DNA of 64,000 bases from Candidatus Aenigmatarchaeota archaeon. GTDB taxonomy: Archaea > Aenigmatarchaeota > Aenigmatarchaeia > QMZP01 > QMZT01. Below, piece after piece: positions 1 to 9,995 of this stretch. The position numbers and the translations under genes are program-made. Every line of letters starts with the position of its first letter. Positions within the stretch are counted from its first letter, which is position 1. Under the pieces are notes generated by a model, which made no database searches, was not told the DNA's origin, and saw nothing but the letters and a program-made list of their open reading frames with translations. The stretch is from the NCBI GenBank assembly GCA_026397315.1, contig JAPLVC010000007.1, positions 102,378-166,377 on the forward strand. Direction: 5' to 3'.

Positions 1-240
1 AGCCAAAGGCACAAGTATCTTTTTCCCCTTGGTAAGGGATTCTGAAATCATGTCGTATGTCCTCACTTCGCCCCTGACTGAAACGTAGAAGAGGATTGTT
101 TTTGCGCTCTTGTATTCAGGAAGCTCCATGAGTCTTTTCTTTATGGCCTCGTCTTTCGGTTGTTTGATGTCGCCTTTCTGCGTGGACCTCCTGGTGAGTA
201 TGTCCCTTCTTATTATATCTTTAGGATAAAGCCATGCCAT
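1..240 (-). CDS. 5-formyltetrahydrofolate cyclo-ligase (N-terminal part; runs off window)
   Basis: Hand translation from ATG at 240: MAWLYPKDIIRRDILTRR...IKKRLMELPEYKSAKTILFYVSVRGEVRTYDMISESLTKGKKILVP, the typical 5-FCL N-terminus. Not in ORF track. Confidence 0.85.
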   Translation of the reverse strand, partial: MAWLYPKDIIRRDILTRRSTQKGDIKQPKDEAIKKRLMELPEYKSAKTILFYVSVRGEVRTYDMISESLTKGKKILVPLA

Positions 241-335
241 ATTACTTACATATTATGTCAATCAGTTAAAAAGCATGATGTTCTGAAAGAAAACTTTTAT
301 TGTCTGGCCTTATATATAATTTATTCGGTGAACGC

Positions 336-818
336 ATGTGGGTTGTGGGAGTCGGTTACAAGCATGAGCATAGGGACCCTGCAGGTGAGAACGCGAAGGC
401 TGACATACTTGGCCTGGGGTCTTATGACGTGAAAAACGTCAAGACGCTGCAGACATACGTTATCGACGGCGATCTGGAAAGCGGCGACGCCGAACGTATA
501 GGCAGGGAGCTGCTAGCCGATGGAGTAATACAATATTTCAAATTCAGTCATTTCTCGGATGACGGCAGTCACGCGGCCTTCGCTAGTGCGTCAAACGCAT
601 GGATAGTCGAAGTGTTCTTCAGGCCGGGCGTCATGGACCCTGTCGGCCTCTCCGTCGCTAGCGCTATAAGCGTTCTCGGCGTGAAGAGTGTAAGGTCTGT
701 GAGAACCGGCACCACTTACGTGATAGAGGGCGACCTGAGCGAAAGCGAGGTAAAGGCGATTTGCGAAAAATGCCTGGCCAACGACCTGATACAGACGTAT
801 GCTTACAGGAGAATCTGA
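336..818 (+). CDS. purS: FGAM synthase PurS-like subunit with two tandem PurS domains
   Basis: Two ~75-aa repeats (..RDPAG..TYVIDGDL..LADGVIQ / ..VMDPVG..TYVIEGDL..LANDLIQ). Lies directly upstream of purL. Likely ATG at 336. Confidence 0.8.
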   Translation: MWVVGVGYKHEHRDPAGENAKADILGLGSYDVKNVKTLQTYVIDGDLESGDAERIGRELLADGVIQYFKFSHFSDDGSHAAFASASNAWIVEVFFRPGVMDPVGLSVASAISVLGVKSVRSVRTGTTYVIEGDLSESEVKAICEKCLANDLIQTYAYRRI

Positions 819-819
819 A

Positions 820-3174
820 ATGGATGCGAGACACATAGAATTGCTCGGCAAAAGCGACACTGAATTGCTGGAAATATCCCGCATGTTCATGCTGGCGCTC
901 AATCTGGAAGAGATGCAGAAGGTGCAGGATTATTTCAAGCGACACGGCCGCAACCCGACGGACATAGAGCTGGAGACGTTCGCCCAAACATGGTCGGAAC
1001 ACTGCGTGCACAAGACGTTCCGCGGCAACATAGAATACAACGGGCAGAAGATAAACAACCTCCTGAAATCCTACATAATCAAGGCGACCAATGACCTGCG
1101 AATGCCCTGGTGCGTGCACGTTTTCGAGGACAACGCGGGCATCGTCGAGTTCAACGACAAGCACAACATCGCGGTGAAAGTCGAGACTCACAACCATCCG
1201 AGCGCGCTGGATCCTTACGGAGGAGCGGGCACCGGCTCAGGCGGCGTTTTCCGCGACGTCATGGGCGTCGGGGCGAAGCCGATCATGTCAACGGACATAT
1301 TGTTTTTCGCGCCGCCGGATTACCCGCACGACAAGCTTCCGAAAGGCGTTCTTCATCCGAAGCGCCTGATGAAAGGCGTCGTGGCCGGCATCCGCGACTA
1401 TGGCAACAGGATGGGCATCCCGACGGCGAATGGCGGATTCGGATTTCACGAAGGTTATGTGGGCAACCCGCTCGTTTATGCCGGTTGCCTGGGCATAATG
1501 CCGAAGGAAAAATACGTGCGCGACGCGAAACCGGGAGATAAGATAGTGCTCGCAGGCGGGCGCACAGGACGTGACGGAATACACGGCGTAACGTTCGCCT
1601 CGCTGGAGCTTTCGACTGACTCGAAGAAAACGTCGAGCGGAGCGGTGCAGATAGGCAACGCCATCGAGGAGAAGCGCGTGCTCGACGGACAGCTGAAGGC
1701 GAGGGACGTCCGAGACGTCCCGCTCTATTCGGCCATCACCGATTGCGGAGGCGGAGGATTGTCATCGGCGATTGGCGAGATGGGCAAAAAAACCGGTGCC
1801 AGGGTATGGCTGGACAAGGTCCCGCTCAAATACGATGGTCTCGAGCCGTGGGAGATTTGGATTTCAGAGGCGCAGGAAAGGATGCTTCTCGCCGTACCTG
1901 AAGAAAACGTCGCAGAAGTGCTGGAGATTTTCAGGGAGGAGAACACGGAAGCGAATGTAATAGGCGAATTCACCAGTGACAAAAAGCTCACGCTCATGTT
2001 CAACGACAAAACTATCGGAGAGCTCGACATGGGATTCCTGCACGACGGCTTTCCGAAAGCCGAGAAGAAAGCCGTGCTTAAAATAAGCGAAAAGAAGGAT
2101 CCTGACCTGCAGGACCAGAAGGATTTCGGTATGGACGTGAAAGCGCTTCTTTCTTCACCGACCATTGCGAGCAAGGAATGGGTCATACGCCAATACGACC
2201 ATGAAGTGCAGGCGAAGACTGTGATAAAGCCGATACAGGGCCTCGGCGGACCCGGAGACGCATGCGTGCTCAGGCCGATATACGACGAATGGAAAGGGGT
2301 AGTCGTCTCGAACGGTTATAATCCCAGGTTTTCCGGCAATCCCTACAACATGGCGCTGTCCGCGATAGACGAAGCGATGCGCAACAACGTCTGCTGCGGA
2401 GGGCGCCGCATAGCGCTGCTAGACAACTTCTCATGGGGCAACCCCGAAAAGCCCGACCGGCTTGGAGCGCTCGTTGAGGCTGTGAAAGCCTGCCACGACG
2501 GTTCGTTAGCGTTTTGCGCGCCTTTCATTTCCGGCAAGGATTCCCTTTACAACGAATACAGCCTAGGCGGGGCGAAAGACACGATTTCCATCCCGTATAC
2601 GCTCGTTATTACTGCGGTCGGCATAATACCCGACGTGCGCAAGGCCGTGACCATGGACCTTAAGATGGCAGGCAATCCCGTTTACATGGTCGGCGAGACG
2701 AAAGACGAGATGGACGGCTCACATTATTACATGATAAAGCACGTTGATGGCGGAACGGTTCCTGGCGTTGACCTAGCGAAGGCGAAGGAAAGCATGGATT
2801 CGCTAGTCGAAGCGATGGACGCTGGTTTGGTCCGCGCGTGCCACGACTGCTCGGAAGGAGGACTAGCCGTCGCAGCCGCGGAGATGTGCTTCGCCGGCGG
2901 CCTCGGCATGAGAATCGACCTAGACAATGTTCAGCAGAAATGCATCGTTAAAAATCACAAGCTGCTGTTCTCGGAGAGCAACTCCCGCTTCCTGGTCGAA
3001 GTTGCCAAAGGCAAGGAGGACGAGTTCGAGAATCTAATGGGCTCTCATGTTTCGAGAATAGGAGAAGTGACGCAGCGCAATAATCTGCTTGTCGCCGGCC
3101 TGAACGGCAGGGCTATAATAGACGAGGATATCGACGATCTCAGGAAAGCGTGGAGGAAGACTTTCGACTGGTGA
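820..3174 (+). CDS. purL: Phosphoribosylformylglycinamidine synthase subunit PurL
   Basis: WSEHCVHK, KVETHNHPS, TGRDGIHG, DCGGGG, SEAQERM and ISGKDS motifs. Confidence 0.97.
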   Translation: MDARHIELLGKSDTELLEISRMFMLALNLEEMQKVQDYFKRHGRNPTDIELETFAQTWSEHCVHKTFRGNIEYNGQKINNLLKSYIIKATNDLRMPWCVHVFEDNAGIVEFNDKHNIAVKVETHNHPSALDPYGGAGTGSGGVFRDVMGVGAKPIMSTDILFFAPPDYPHDKLPKGVLHPKRLMKGVVAGIRDYGNRMGIPTANGGFGFHEGYVGNPLVYAGCLGIMPKEKYVRDAKPGDKIVLAGGRTGRDGIHGVTFASLELSTDSKKTSSGAVQIGNAIEEKRVLDGQLKARDVRDVPLYSAITDCGGGGLSSAIGEMGKKTGARVWLDKVPLKYDGLEPWEIWISEAQERMLLAVPEENVAEVLEIFREENTEANVIGEFTSDKKLTLMFNDKTIGELDMGFLHDGFPKAEKKAVLKISEKKDPDLQDQKDFGMDVKALLSSPTIASKEWVIRQYDHEVQAKTVIKPIQGLGGPGDACVLRPIYDEWKGVVVSNGYNPRFSGNPYNMALSAIDEAMRNNVCCGGRRIALLDNFSWGNPEKPDRLGALVEAVKACHDGSLAFCAPFISGKDSLYNEYSLGGAKDTISIPYTLVITAVGIIPDVRKAVTMDLKMAGNPVYMVGETKDEMDGSHYYMIKHVDGGTVPGVDLAKAKESMDSLVEAMDAGLVRACHDCSEGGLAVAAAEMCFAGGLGMRIDLDNVQQKCIVKNHKLLFSESNSRFLVEVAKGKEDEFENLMGSHVSRIGEVTQRNNLLVAGLNGRAIIDEDIDDLRKAWRKTFDW

Positions 3175-3190
3175 AGCGAAAAAAGGTGTC

Positions 3191-3946
3191 ATGATGGTAA
3201 AGACTTTGGTGCTAAGGGCTGACGGGACAAATTGCGATGAAGAGACTGCGTACGCGTTCCATCTTGCTGGTTCGCACGCGGACAGGGTCCACATAAACGA
3301 GCTCATAAAAGGAAAGAAGTCGCTGGACGATTACCAGATACTGGCCATCCCCGGCGGCTTCGCTCACGGCGACGACGTCGCATCCGGAAAAATACTTGCA
3401 AATCTCATAAGGTTCAAGCTCAACAAGGATTTTGTAAAATTCATAGAAAGCGGCAAGCTGGTCATAGGCATATGCAACGGCTTCCAGGCGATAGTCAAAG
3501 CAGGACTGCTTCCTGCGTTCGGAGGTTTTGGCAACCAGGAGGCGACTCTGGCGGCGAATGACTCCGGCTACTTCATTGACAAATGGGTCACGCTTAATCA
3601 CGTCAACAAGGGCAAATGCGTCTTCACGAAGGGTATGAAAAGCGAAATTTTCGTGCCCATAAACCACGCCGAAGGCAAGTTCATAGCGTCTTCGGAGATA
3701 CTGCATTCGCTAGAGACGAATGACCAGGTTGTTTTCACATATAAGGACAACCCCAACGGCTCGATGAACTCGATTGCCGGCATATGCAACACGCAGGGCA
3801 ATGTGTTCGGGCTTATGCCGCACCCGGAAAAATTCGTATCGAAATACACGCACCCGTTCTGGACGCGCGATAAATGGCTCCCAGAGGAAGGCGACGGCCT
3901 GGCGATATTCAGGAACGCGGTGAATTATGCCAAGAAGAAATTCTGA
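3191..3946 (+). CDS. purQ: FGAM synthase glutaminase subunit PurQ
   Basis: PGGF, GICNGFQ nucleophile elbow and MPHPE motifs. Confidence 0.97.
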   Translation: MMVKTLVLRADGTNCDEETAYAFHLAGSHADRVHINELIKGKKSLDDYQILAIPGGFAHGDDVASGKILANLIRFKLNKDFVKFIESGKLVIGICNGFQAIVKAGLLPAFGGFGNQEATLAANDSGYFIDKWVTLNHVNKGKCVFTKGMKSEIFVPINHAEGKFIASSEILHSLETNDQVVFTYKDNPNGSMNSIAGICNTQGNVFGLMPHPEKFVSKYTHPFWTRDKWLPEEGDGLAIFRNAVNYAKKKF

Positions 3947-4077
3947 CCCACGACCGGCTCATTTCTTAACCTTTGAAGCGACTTCTCCGGCGAAGCCCCG
4001 TGAGGAAAGCAGGACAGAAAAATATTTAAACCACGTCAACAGAATAATGAATTAAATATAAGACAGGAGAAGATAAA

Positions 4078-4254
4078 ATGGCATTTAGAGAAAGACGTTT
4101 CGACGAAAGATCGGAAAGAAGAGACTTCAGACCACGCGAGATGCACAAGGCTGTTTGTTCTGAGTGCGGAAAAGAGTGCGAAGTCCCGTTCAAGCCCACG
4201 GATGGCAGACCGGTTTTCTGCAGAGACTGCTTCGCAAAAAAGAGAAGGTTCTAA
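4078..4254 (+). CDS. CxxC-x17-CxxC domain small zinc-ribbon protein (58 aa)
   Basis: Hand translation: MAFRERRFDERSERRDFRPREMHKAVCSECGKECEVPFKPTDGRPVFCRDCFAKKRRF. AGGAG upstream and T-rich tract downstream. Below ORF-track cutoff. Confidence 0.9.
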   Translation: MAFRERRFDERSERRDFRPREMHKAVCSECGKECEVPFKPTDGRPVFCRDCFAKKRRF

Positions 4255-4371
4255 GTTGGTTAAACACGGGACCATTGCAGAAATTTAATTTGGTTAGTTT
4301 TTACTTTATTTTTCCAAAATTTTCCAAAAATCAGATTTCAGAGGCGATTTCAAGCCGTGCGCTCACTGTTC

Positions 4372-5721
4372 TCAAATAGCTATCGCTATGAAAGAGCAGA
4401 TGAATATGGCTGCTATGGAAACGAGCAGGCCAGCCTTCAGCAGATCCCTCAGCTTGACGTAGTTCGTAGAATACGCTATGGTTGTAGGCGGCGTCCCGCT
4501 GGGCATTATGAAGTCGAGCGAGACTCCGACGCCCGCGAGCATCGCTAGCATCCGCGGGTTTATGCCAGTCGCTACTGCGAGCGGTATCATCATCGGCACG
4601 ATTACCGAAGCGGCTGCCGTGTTGCTGGCGAACGCTGTGAGAGCGACGCCGAAGGTTATTATGACTAACGCTATTAGTAACGCTCCCTGCCCGGATATTA
4701 TGTTGCCTATCGCATTCGCCATAGTCACGTCGAGGGCGGAAGCGTGCATGGCAAACCCTAGCGAAATGCCGCCTCCTATCAGGATGAGCGAAGGCCAGTC
4801 TATCTTCTTGAAATCGTCGCCTTTCAGCAGCCCCAGGCCGAACAAAAGGAAAACCGGCACGAGGGAAATGGTGCCTATGTCCATTTTATGTATCTCCGTC
4901 GTGACCCAGAGCATGATGGTAATCGCGAATATTGCCAGGACTTTCTTTTGGTCCATGTTAAGCTTCCTCTTGTTCTCCTGCATGTTTATCTTCTTCACTT
5001 CCGGCTTGAACAGGAAAGTGAGGATTATGAAAGTCGAGCAGATTAGCGCCACCATCATGGGAAAGCCGTAATACGTCCAGTCCATGAAGCCGAAAGAATA
5101 GCCTGCCTGGTTCAGGAATTTCGCCACGAGCACGTTGGGCGTGCTGCCAACCATTGTACCCAGGCCGCCGATGGTCGCAGCGAAGCCAATGCCGAGGACG
5201 AGCGACTTGCCGAAGCTGGATTTGCCGGGCAGCATCTTGTTGCTCTTGAGTATGATGAGGCCGATGGGCATCATCATGGCGGCGGCGGCCGAATTAGCCA
5301 TCCACATCGATATGAAAGCCGTCACTCCTATCATGCTGAAAAGGACGATGCGCGGGCTTGAGCCGCGGTGCACGAGCTTGTGGCCTATGTATTCGTCGAC
5401 CTTGTATTTGCTCAGGGCGAGTGCTATGACGAAACCGCCGAGCACGAGCACGACGACGGAATCGAAGAACGGAGAGAACGCCTCCGCCGGTTTAAAGCCG
5501 CCGAATATGACTAGCAGGAAAGGTATGAACAGCGCGGTTATGTGAAGGGGAACTATTTCCGAAAGCCACATGAAGAGGGCGGTGAACGTTATGGTGAAGA
5601 CGATTTGCTGAGGCGAACCGAAGCCGAGAAAATAAGACGACAGAGCAGTTGAGAACAAAATGCCTGCAATCACAAACAGTATCTTCTTGGCAATGCTCCA
5701 CGTGGGAATCTCGTGACGCAT
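4372..5721 (-). CDS. DASS/SLC13 family Na+-coupled anion symporter
   Basis: Many TM helices; SMWMANSA, ASNTA, GSTPN and PSGTPP motifs. Confidence 0.9.
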   Translation of the reverse strand: MRHEIPTWSIAKKILFVIAGILFSTALSSYFLGFGSPQQIVFTITFTALFMWLSEIVPLHITALFIPFLLVIFGGFKPAEAFSPFFDSVVVLVLGGFVIALALSKYKVDEYIGHKLVHRGSSPRIVLFSMIGVTAFISMWMANSAAAAMMMPIGLIILKSNKMLPGKSSFGKSLVLGIGFAATIGGLGTMVGSTPNVLVAKFLNQAGYSFGFMDWTYYGFPMMVALICSTFIILTFLFKPEVKKINMQENKRKLNMDQKKVLAIFAITIMLWVTTEIHKMDIGTISLVPVFLLFGLGLLKGDDFKKIDWPSLILIGGGISLGFAMHASALDVTMANAIGNIISGQGALLIALVIITFGVALTAFASNTAAASVIVPMMIPLAVATGINPRMLAMLAGVGVSLDFIMPSGTPPTTIAYSTNYVKLRDLLKAGLLVSIAAIFICSFIAIAI

Positions 5722-5785
5722 ATTATTATTTTGGGAGCCACAGATAATAAGATATTTTCTTAAGCAGGGCGGTCAAAGGTATATC

Positions 5786-6232
5786 ATGACTAAGAAATCC
5801 GGGAAGCCATCTAAAGCTGCCAGTTCTGAAACCATCTCAGACATCTTCGAGAACTACGCCAGGGAAAAAATACAGGTGCCGTGGGAGCTTAGGATTGACA
5901 CGAAAATCGCCGCGGCAGTCTCGGCTGTCGCCGCCCTGTTATTATTTGGAACGTTCGTTTACCACTTCATGGAGAACTGGAGCTGGATTCAGGCGTTCTA
6001 TTTTTCAGTCACGACGCTGACCACCGTCGGTTATGGCGACATACACCCGACCACCGACCTGTCGCGGCTTTTCACAGCAGGATACATCCTGACGGGCGTC
6101 GCGATAGTGCTTGCGTCGCTGGAAATAATAGGCTCGACCTACATCACCAGACGAGAGACTCAGATACTGCTGAAAAAACAGAAATACGAAAGTGAAAGGA
6201 CGAAAAGGAAAAAGCAGCGGCAAAACTTATAA
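5786..6232 (+). CDS. Two-TM KcsA-like potassium channel
   Basis: TTLTTVGYGD selectivity filter between two TM helices. Confidence 0.92.
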   Translation: MTKKSGKPSKAASSETISDIFENYAREKIQVPWELRIDTKIAAAVSAVAALLLFGTFVYHFMENWSWIQAFYFSVTTLTTVGYGDIHPTTDLSRLFTAGYILTGVAIVLASLEIIGSTYITRRETQILLKKQKYESERTKRKKQRQNL

Positions 6233-6298
6233 AACACGCGCCGAAAAGATTAGTATAATTGTTTTGCGCCGTTGGATGGCGGCGCCTGGGGTGATGGG

Positions 6299-6727
6299 AT
6301 GAAAGTTCTTATAATTTGCGGCAGCGAATCCGACCTTGAAATCGCCAGGAAGGCGGAGGACATACTCAAGAAGAACAAGATTGCCTTCGATATCCGCGTC
6401 TCGTCCGCCCACCGCGATCCGGAGGGAACCAGAAAGATCGTTAAGTCGACCGACGCGGACGTCATAATCGCCGTAGCCGGCCTTGCGGCCGCGTTACCAG
6501 GGTTTGTCGCGTCGATGACACATAAGCCCGTGATAGGCGTGCCTGTCGGAGTCAAGCTCGGTGGTCTCGACGCACTGCTTTCCATGATGCAGATGCCGTC
6601 GGGCGTGCCAGTCGCGACGGTTTCCATAGACGGTGGTAAAAATGCTGCAATATTAGCTATGGAAATATTGGCTCTAAAGGATGAAAATATCAGAAAGAAA
6701 CTTATAAAATATAGAAGATTGAAATGA
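6299..6727 (+). CDS. purE: PurE (AIR carboxylase / N5-CAIR mutase family)
   Basis: GSESD, SAHRDP, AGLAAALPG, PVIGVP and MPSGVPVATV motifs. Confidence 0.95.
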   Translation: MKVLIICGSESDLEIARKAEDILKKNKIAFDIRVSSAHRDPEGTRKIVKSTDADVIIAVAGLAAALPGFVASMTHKPVIGVPVGVKLGGLDALLSMMQMPSGVPVATVSIDGGKNAAILAMEILALKDENIRKKLIKYRRLK

Positions 6728-7596
6728 TAGATGAAAAAACTTTACAAGAATGGACCGAATTATATAATATCGGTTGGGGTTCATACAAAATTGCTAAGAA
6801 ATATGGCATTTCTATTCCTACCGTGCAAAAATATTTAAGAAAAGTTGGTATATTTAATGGGATTAGGACGCGAGACGCACGTATCAAAAATTTTGATAGT
6901 ATGGCCAAAGAGAAGAATTGTATTGTGATAAAAGGTGATATATCTGACAATGAAAAAAGATGTGATCTGAGATTTTCTCTCGGAAATCTTGACGGGGTGA
7001 AAATTGTTCCCAGATTTGATAAAGGATTTAAAAAAGTCCTTTTAATACCCAACAAAAATGGCCGCAAACTATCACATTGTGATGGTTATAATGTTGCAGG
7101 AATTGGCACTTACATACCAAATCATCTCAGAAATCAGCAAGTAAAAATACGGCATAAAAAAATATCGGTATATTTCCCTTTAGCTGAATTCAATATCTCC
7201 GAAGTTGACACGGTATTGGATTTGGACGGTAGAAAATTGGCAGAACGGCTTGTGAAAATGGGATGGAAGATGCCAAGAACCAGATTAACTTTTGCCGATC
7301 AGGGGGACTTGTTAATCATAAATCCCGAAGGTAAAAAAATCCTAATGGAAATTACAAAGTCTCACGGATTAAAAAATAGAAATGAAACCACATACCTTGT
7401 TTTAGGGAAAATCCTAAAAACAAAAGTCTATGCAAATAAGGTTAATGCGTCTACTGTAATAATACTCAATTCGGCATTGAAGAGAAAGCTTTTTAGTTAT
7501 TTTAATGGATGTGTTAAATATCTAAACGTTAATCTTATGTGGACAGACTTCAAAGAAAATTGGATAGATGAAGTGATATCAAATATAGAAAAATGA
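6724..7596 (+). CDS. AT-rich HTH protein with a possible C-terminal PD-(D/E)XK-like nuclease domain; putative free-standing selfish endonuclease
   Basis: N-terminal HTH (SYKIAKKYGISIPTVQKYL) and C-terminal GDLLI...ILMEITK. Much lower GC than the pur genes. ATGA overlap with purE. Confidence 0.5.
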   Translation: MIDEKTLQEWTELYNIGWGSYKIAKKYGISIPTVQKYLRKVGIFNGIRTRDARIKNFDSMAKEKNCIVIKGDISDNEKRCDLRFSLGNLDGVKIVPRFDKGFKKVLLIPNKNGRKLSHCDGYNVAGIGTYIPNHLRNQQVKIRHKKISVYFPLAEFNISEVDTVLDLDGRKLAERLVKMGWKMPRTRLTFADQGDLLIINPEGKKILMEITKSHGLKNRNETTYLVLGKILKTKVYANKVNASTVIILNSALKRKLFSYFNGCVKYLNVNLMWTDFKENWIDEVISNIEK

Positions 7597-7649
7597 GATG
7601 AACATATGCTTCACGTTTGCGACATCGCTACGAAATTTGAGGAGTAAAA

Positions 7650-8630
7650 ATGATAAATACAGAAATCATCAGAAGGAATTTGAGCAACACTCTCGAAAAA
7701 ACAGAGCTGAACATAGGCGACAAATACGAGGGGAAAGTCAGGGATAATTACATTCTCAGGGGCAAGAGGATAATAGTCACGACCGACAGGATATCCGCTT
7801 TCGACAAGGTCCTGGGCACCATACCCTTCAAGGGACAGGTCCTGAACCAGCTCGCAGCTTTCTGGTTCGATAAAACCAAAAACATCATCAAAAACCACAT
7901 GATAGACGTCCCGGACCCGAATGTCATGGTTGTCACGGAATGCAGGCCCATAGCCATCGAGATGGTGGTGCGCGGCTACATGACCGGCGTGACGACGACG
8001 TCGGCATGGTACAACTACCAGAACGGCGTCAGGAATTTCTGCGGCAACCGCTTGCCAGAAGGCATGCGCAAGGATCAGAGATTCGAGCGTCCCATAATAA
8101 CGCCGACCACCAAGGCAGGCAAGGGCGAGCACGACAGGCCGGTATCCGGCGATGAAGCGATTGAAGAGGGACTGGTGACAAAAGACCTTTTCGAAAAAAT
8201 GTCCGAGGTAAGTCTCATGCTTTTCGATTTCGGCTCGAGGTTCGTCGCGAAGCACGGCCTCATACTCGTCGATACTAAATACGAGTTCGGCCTGCTCGAC
8301 GGCGAGCTGGTACTCATGGACGAGATTCACACTCCTGATTCATCTAGGTTCTGGTTCGCGGATACATACGACGAGCTTTTCAGGAAAGGCGAGGAACAGC
8401 GAAAGCTGGACAAGGAATACGTCAGGACATGGCTCGCTAATCAGGGATATCTTGGCGATGGAAAGCCGCCCGTCCTGACTGATGAAGTAAAGATTGAAGC
8501 GGCGAGGAGATACATTGAGGCTTACGAAAAAATAACCGGTAAAAAATTCGAGGTGACGGAAGGCAACGTCGCTGAAAGGATAAGGGAAAACCTCGAGAAC
8601 AAAGGCTATCTGAAGAAGTTTAAGAAGTGA
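7650..8630 (+). CDS. purC: SAICAR synthetase
   Basis: YEGKVRD, TDRISAFD, PFKGQVLN, LVDTKYEFG, DEIHTPDSSRFW and DKEYVR motifs. Confidence 0.97.
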   Translation: MINTEIIRRNLSNTLEKTELNIGDKYEGKVRDNYILRGKRIIVTTDRISAFDKVLGTIPFKGQVLNQLAAFWFDKTKNIIKNHMIDVPDPNVMVVTECRPIAIEMVVRGYMTGVTTTSAWYNYQNGVRNFCGNRLPEGMRKDQRFERPIITPTTKAGKGEHDRPVSGDEAIEEGLVTKDLFEKMSEVSLMLFDFGSRFVAKHGLILVDTKYEFGLLDGELVLMDEIHTPDSSRFWFADTYDELFRKGEEQRKLDKEYVRTWLANQGYLGDGKPPVLTDEVKIEAARRYIEAYEKITGKKFEVTEGNVAERIRENLENKGYLKKFKK

Positions 8631-8645
8631 GTTTGGGGTGAACTT

Positions 8646-9986
8646 ATGGCAATACATCCGATAGAGTATCGTTATTGTTCTGACGAGATGACAGCAGTTT
8701 TCGATGAAGAAGCGAAGCTGCAGAAGTGGCTCGACGTTGAAGCGGCGTTAGCCCGCGCGCACGCGCAGCTCGGCAACATTCCCAAGAAAGCCGCTGGGGA
8801 AATCGCGAAGAAGGCCGACACGCGCTTCGTGACCGTCGATCGCGTCCATGAAATAGACGCGGAGATACACCATGATCTCATGGCGATGGTGCGCGCGCTG
8901 ACCGAAGTCGCTGGTGACGCTGGGAAATACGTGCATTACGGCGCGACGTCTTATGACATTGAAGACACGGCGCTGGCGCTCCAGCTCGGGGATGCCATAG
9001 GCATAATAGAGACGAATCTCGATAAGCTGAAGTCGACGCTGGCCATGCTTGCGGGAAAACACAAGGACGTCGTTTGCATCGGCAGGACGCACGGCCAGCA
9101 TGCAGTTCCCACGACGTATGGCCTCAAGTTCGCCAACTGGCTCTGCGAGATTCAGAGGAACATCGAGCGTCTGGAGCAGGCGAAGAAGCGCATACTCGTG
9201 GGCAAGATGACCGGCGCAGTCGGAACCCAGGCGACTTTCGGGACGAATGCGCGGCGGCTGCAAGCGTTAGTCATGAAAGACCTGAATCTTAAGCCTGTCA
9301 TGGTTTCGACGCAGGTCATACAGAGGGACAGGCATGCGGAGCTAGTCTTCGTGCTCGCGCTGACAGGCACGACGCTCGATAAAATAGCGAAAGAAATCCG
9401 CAATCTCCAGCGCACTGAAATCGGCGAGGTGCTCGAAAGGTTCGAGGGTAAACAGGTCGGCTCATCGACGATGCCGCACAAGCGCAATCCATGGAAGTCT
9501 GAGAACGTCTGTTCGCTAGCGCGCGTTCTCAAGTCGCACGTCATGGTCGCTTTGGACAACAACCCGCTGGAGCACGAGCGCGACCTTACGAACTCTGCTA
9601 ACGAGCGCATCATTTTCGCCGAGAGCTTCATGCTGCTCGACTTCATGCTCAGGCGCATCAACGACATACTGCTGAGCCTTGAGCTGAGAAAGGAGAACAT
9701 AGACAAGAATTTGCATATGACGAAGGGCCTGGTCATGAGCGAGAAGATAATGATACACATGGTAAAGAAGGGCATCGGCCGCCAGGACGCGCACGAGATA
9801 ATGCGCTCGTCCGCGATGCAGTCTTACGAGACGGAAGAGCCGCTCATTGCCGTGCTCATGCGCAATTCGCTAGTCAACAAGAAGTTCGGCCGGGCAGAGC
9901 TCGAGCGCCTGCTCGACCCGCGCAACTACGTCGGAACCGCCAGGGAGCAGGTGGACGACGCGCTGAAGGCGACGAGAAAAAAATAG
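8646..9986 (+). CDS. purB: Adenylosuccinate lyase
   Basis: GRTHGQHA and GSSTMPHKRNP signature. Confidence 0.97.
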   Translation: MAIHPIEYRYCSDEMTAVFDEEAKLQKWLDVEAALARAHAQLGNIPKKAAGEIAKKADTRFVTVDRVHEIDAEIHHDLMAMVRALTEVAGDAGKYVHYGATSYDIEDTALALQLGDAIGIIETNLDKLKSTLAMLAGKHKDVVCIGRTHGQHAVPTTYGLKFANWLCEIQRNIERLEQAKKRILVGKMTGAVGTQATFGTNARRLQALVMKDLNLKPVMVSTQVIQRDRHAELVFVLALTGTTLDKIAKEIRNLQRTEIGEVLERFEGKQVGSSTMPHKRNPWKSENVCSLARVLKSHVMVALDNNPLEHERDLTNSANERIIFAESFMLLDFMLRRINDILLSLELRKENIDKNLHMTKGLVMSEKIMIHMVKKGIGRQDAHEIMRSSAMQSYETEEPLIAVLMRNSLVNKKFGRAELERLLDPRNYVGTAREQVDDALKATRKK

Positions 9987-9995
9987 GAAATTAAT

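Noticed and set aside
810-822. +1 frameshift fusing purS to purL at ATC-TGA
   Set aside because: ATC to TCT gives no tRNA re-pairing, and purL has its own ATG right after the stop. Ordinary translational coupling explains it.
3947-4020. Possible riboswitch/ncRNA after purQ
   Set aside because: No recognisable aptamer consensus or convincing stable fold by eye.
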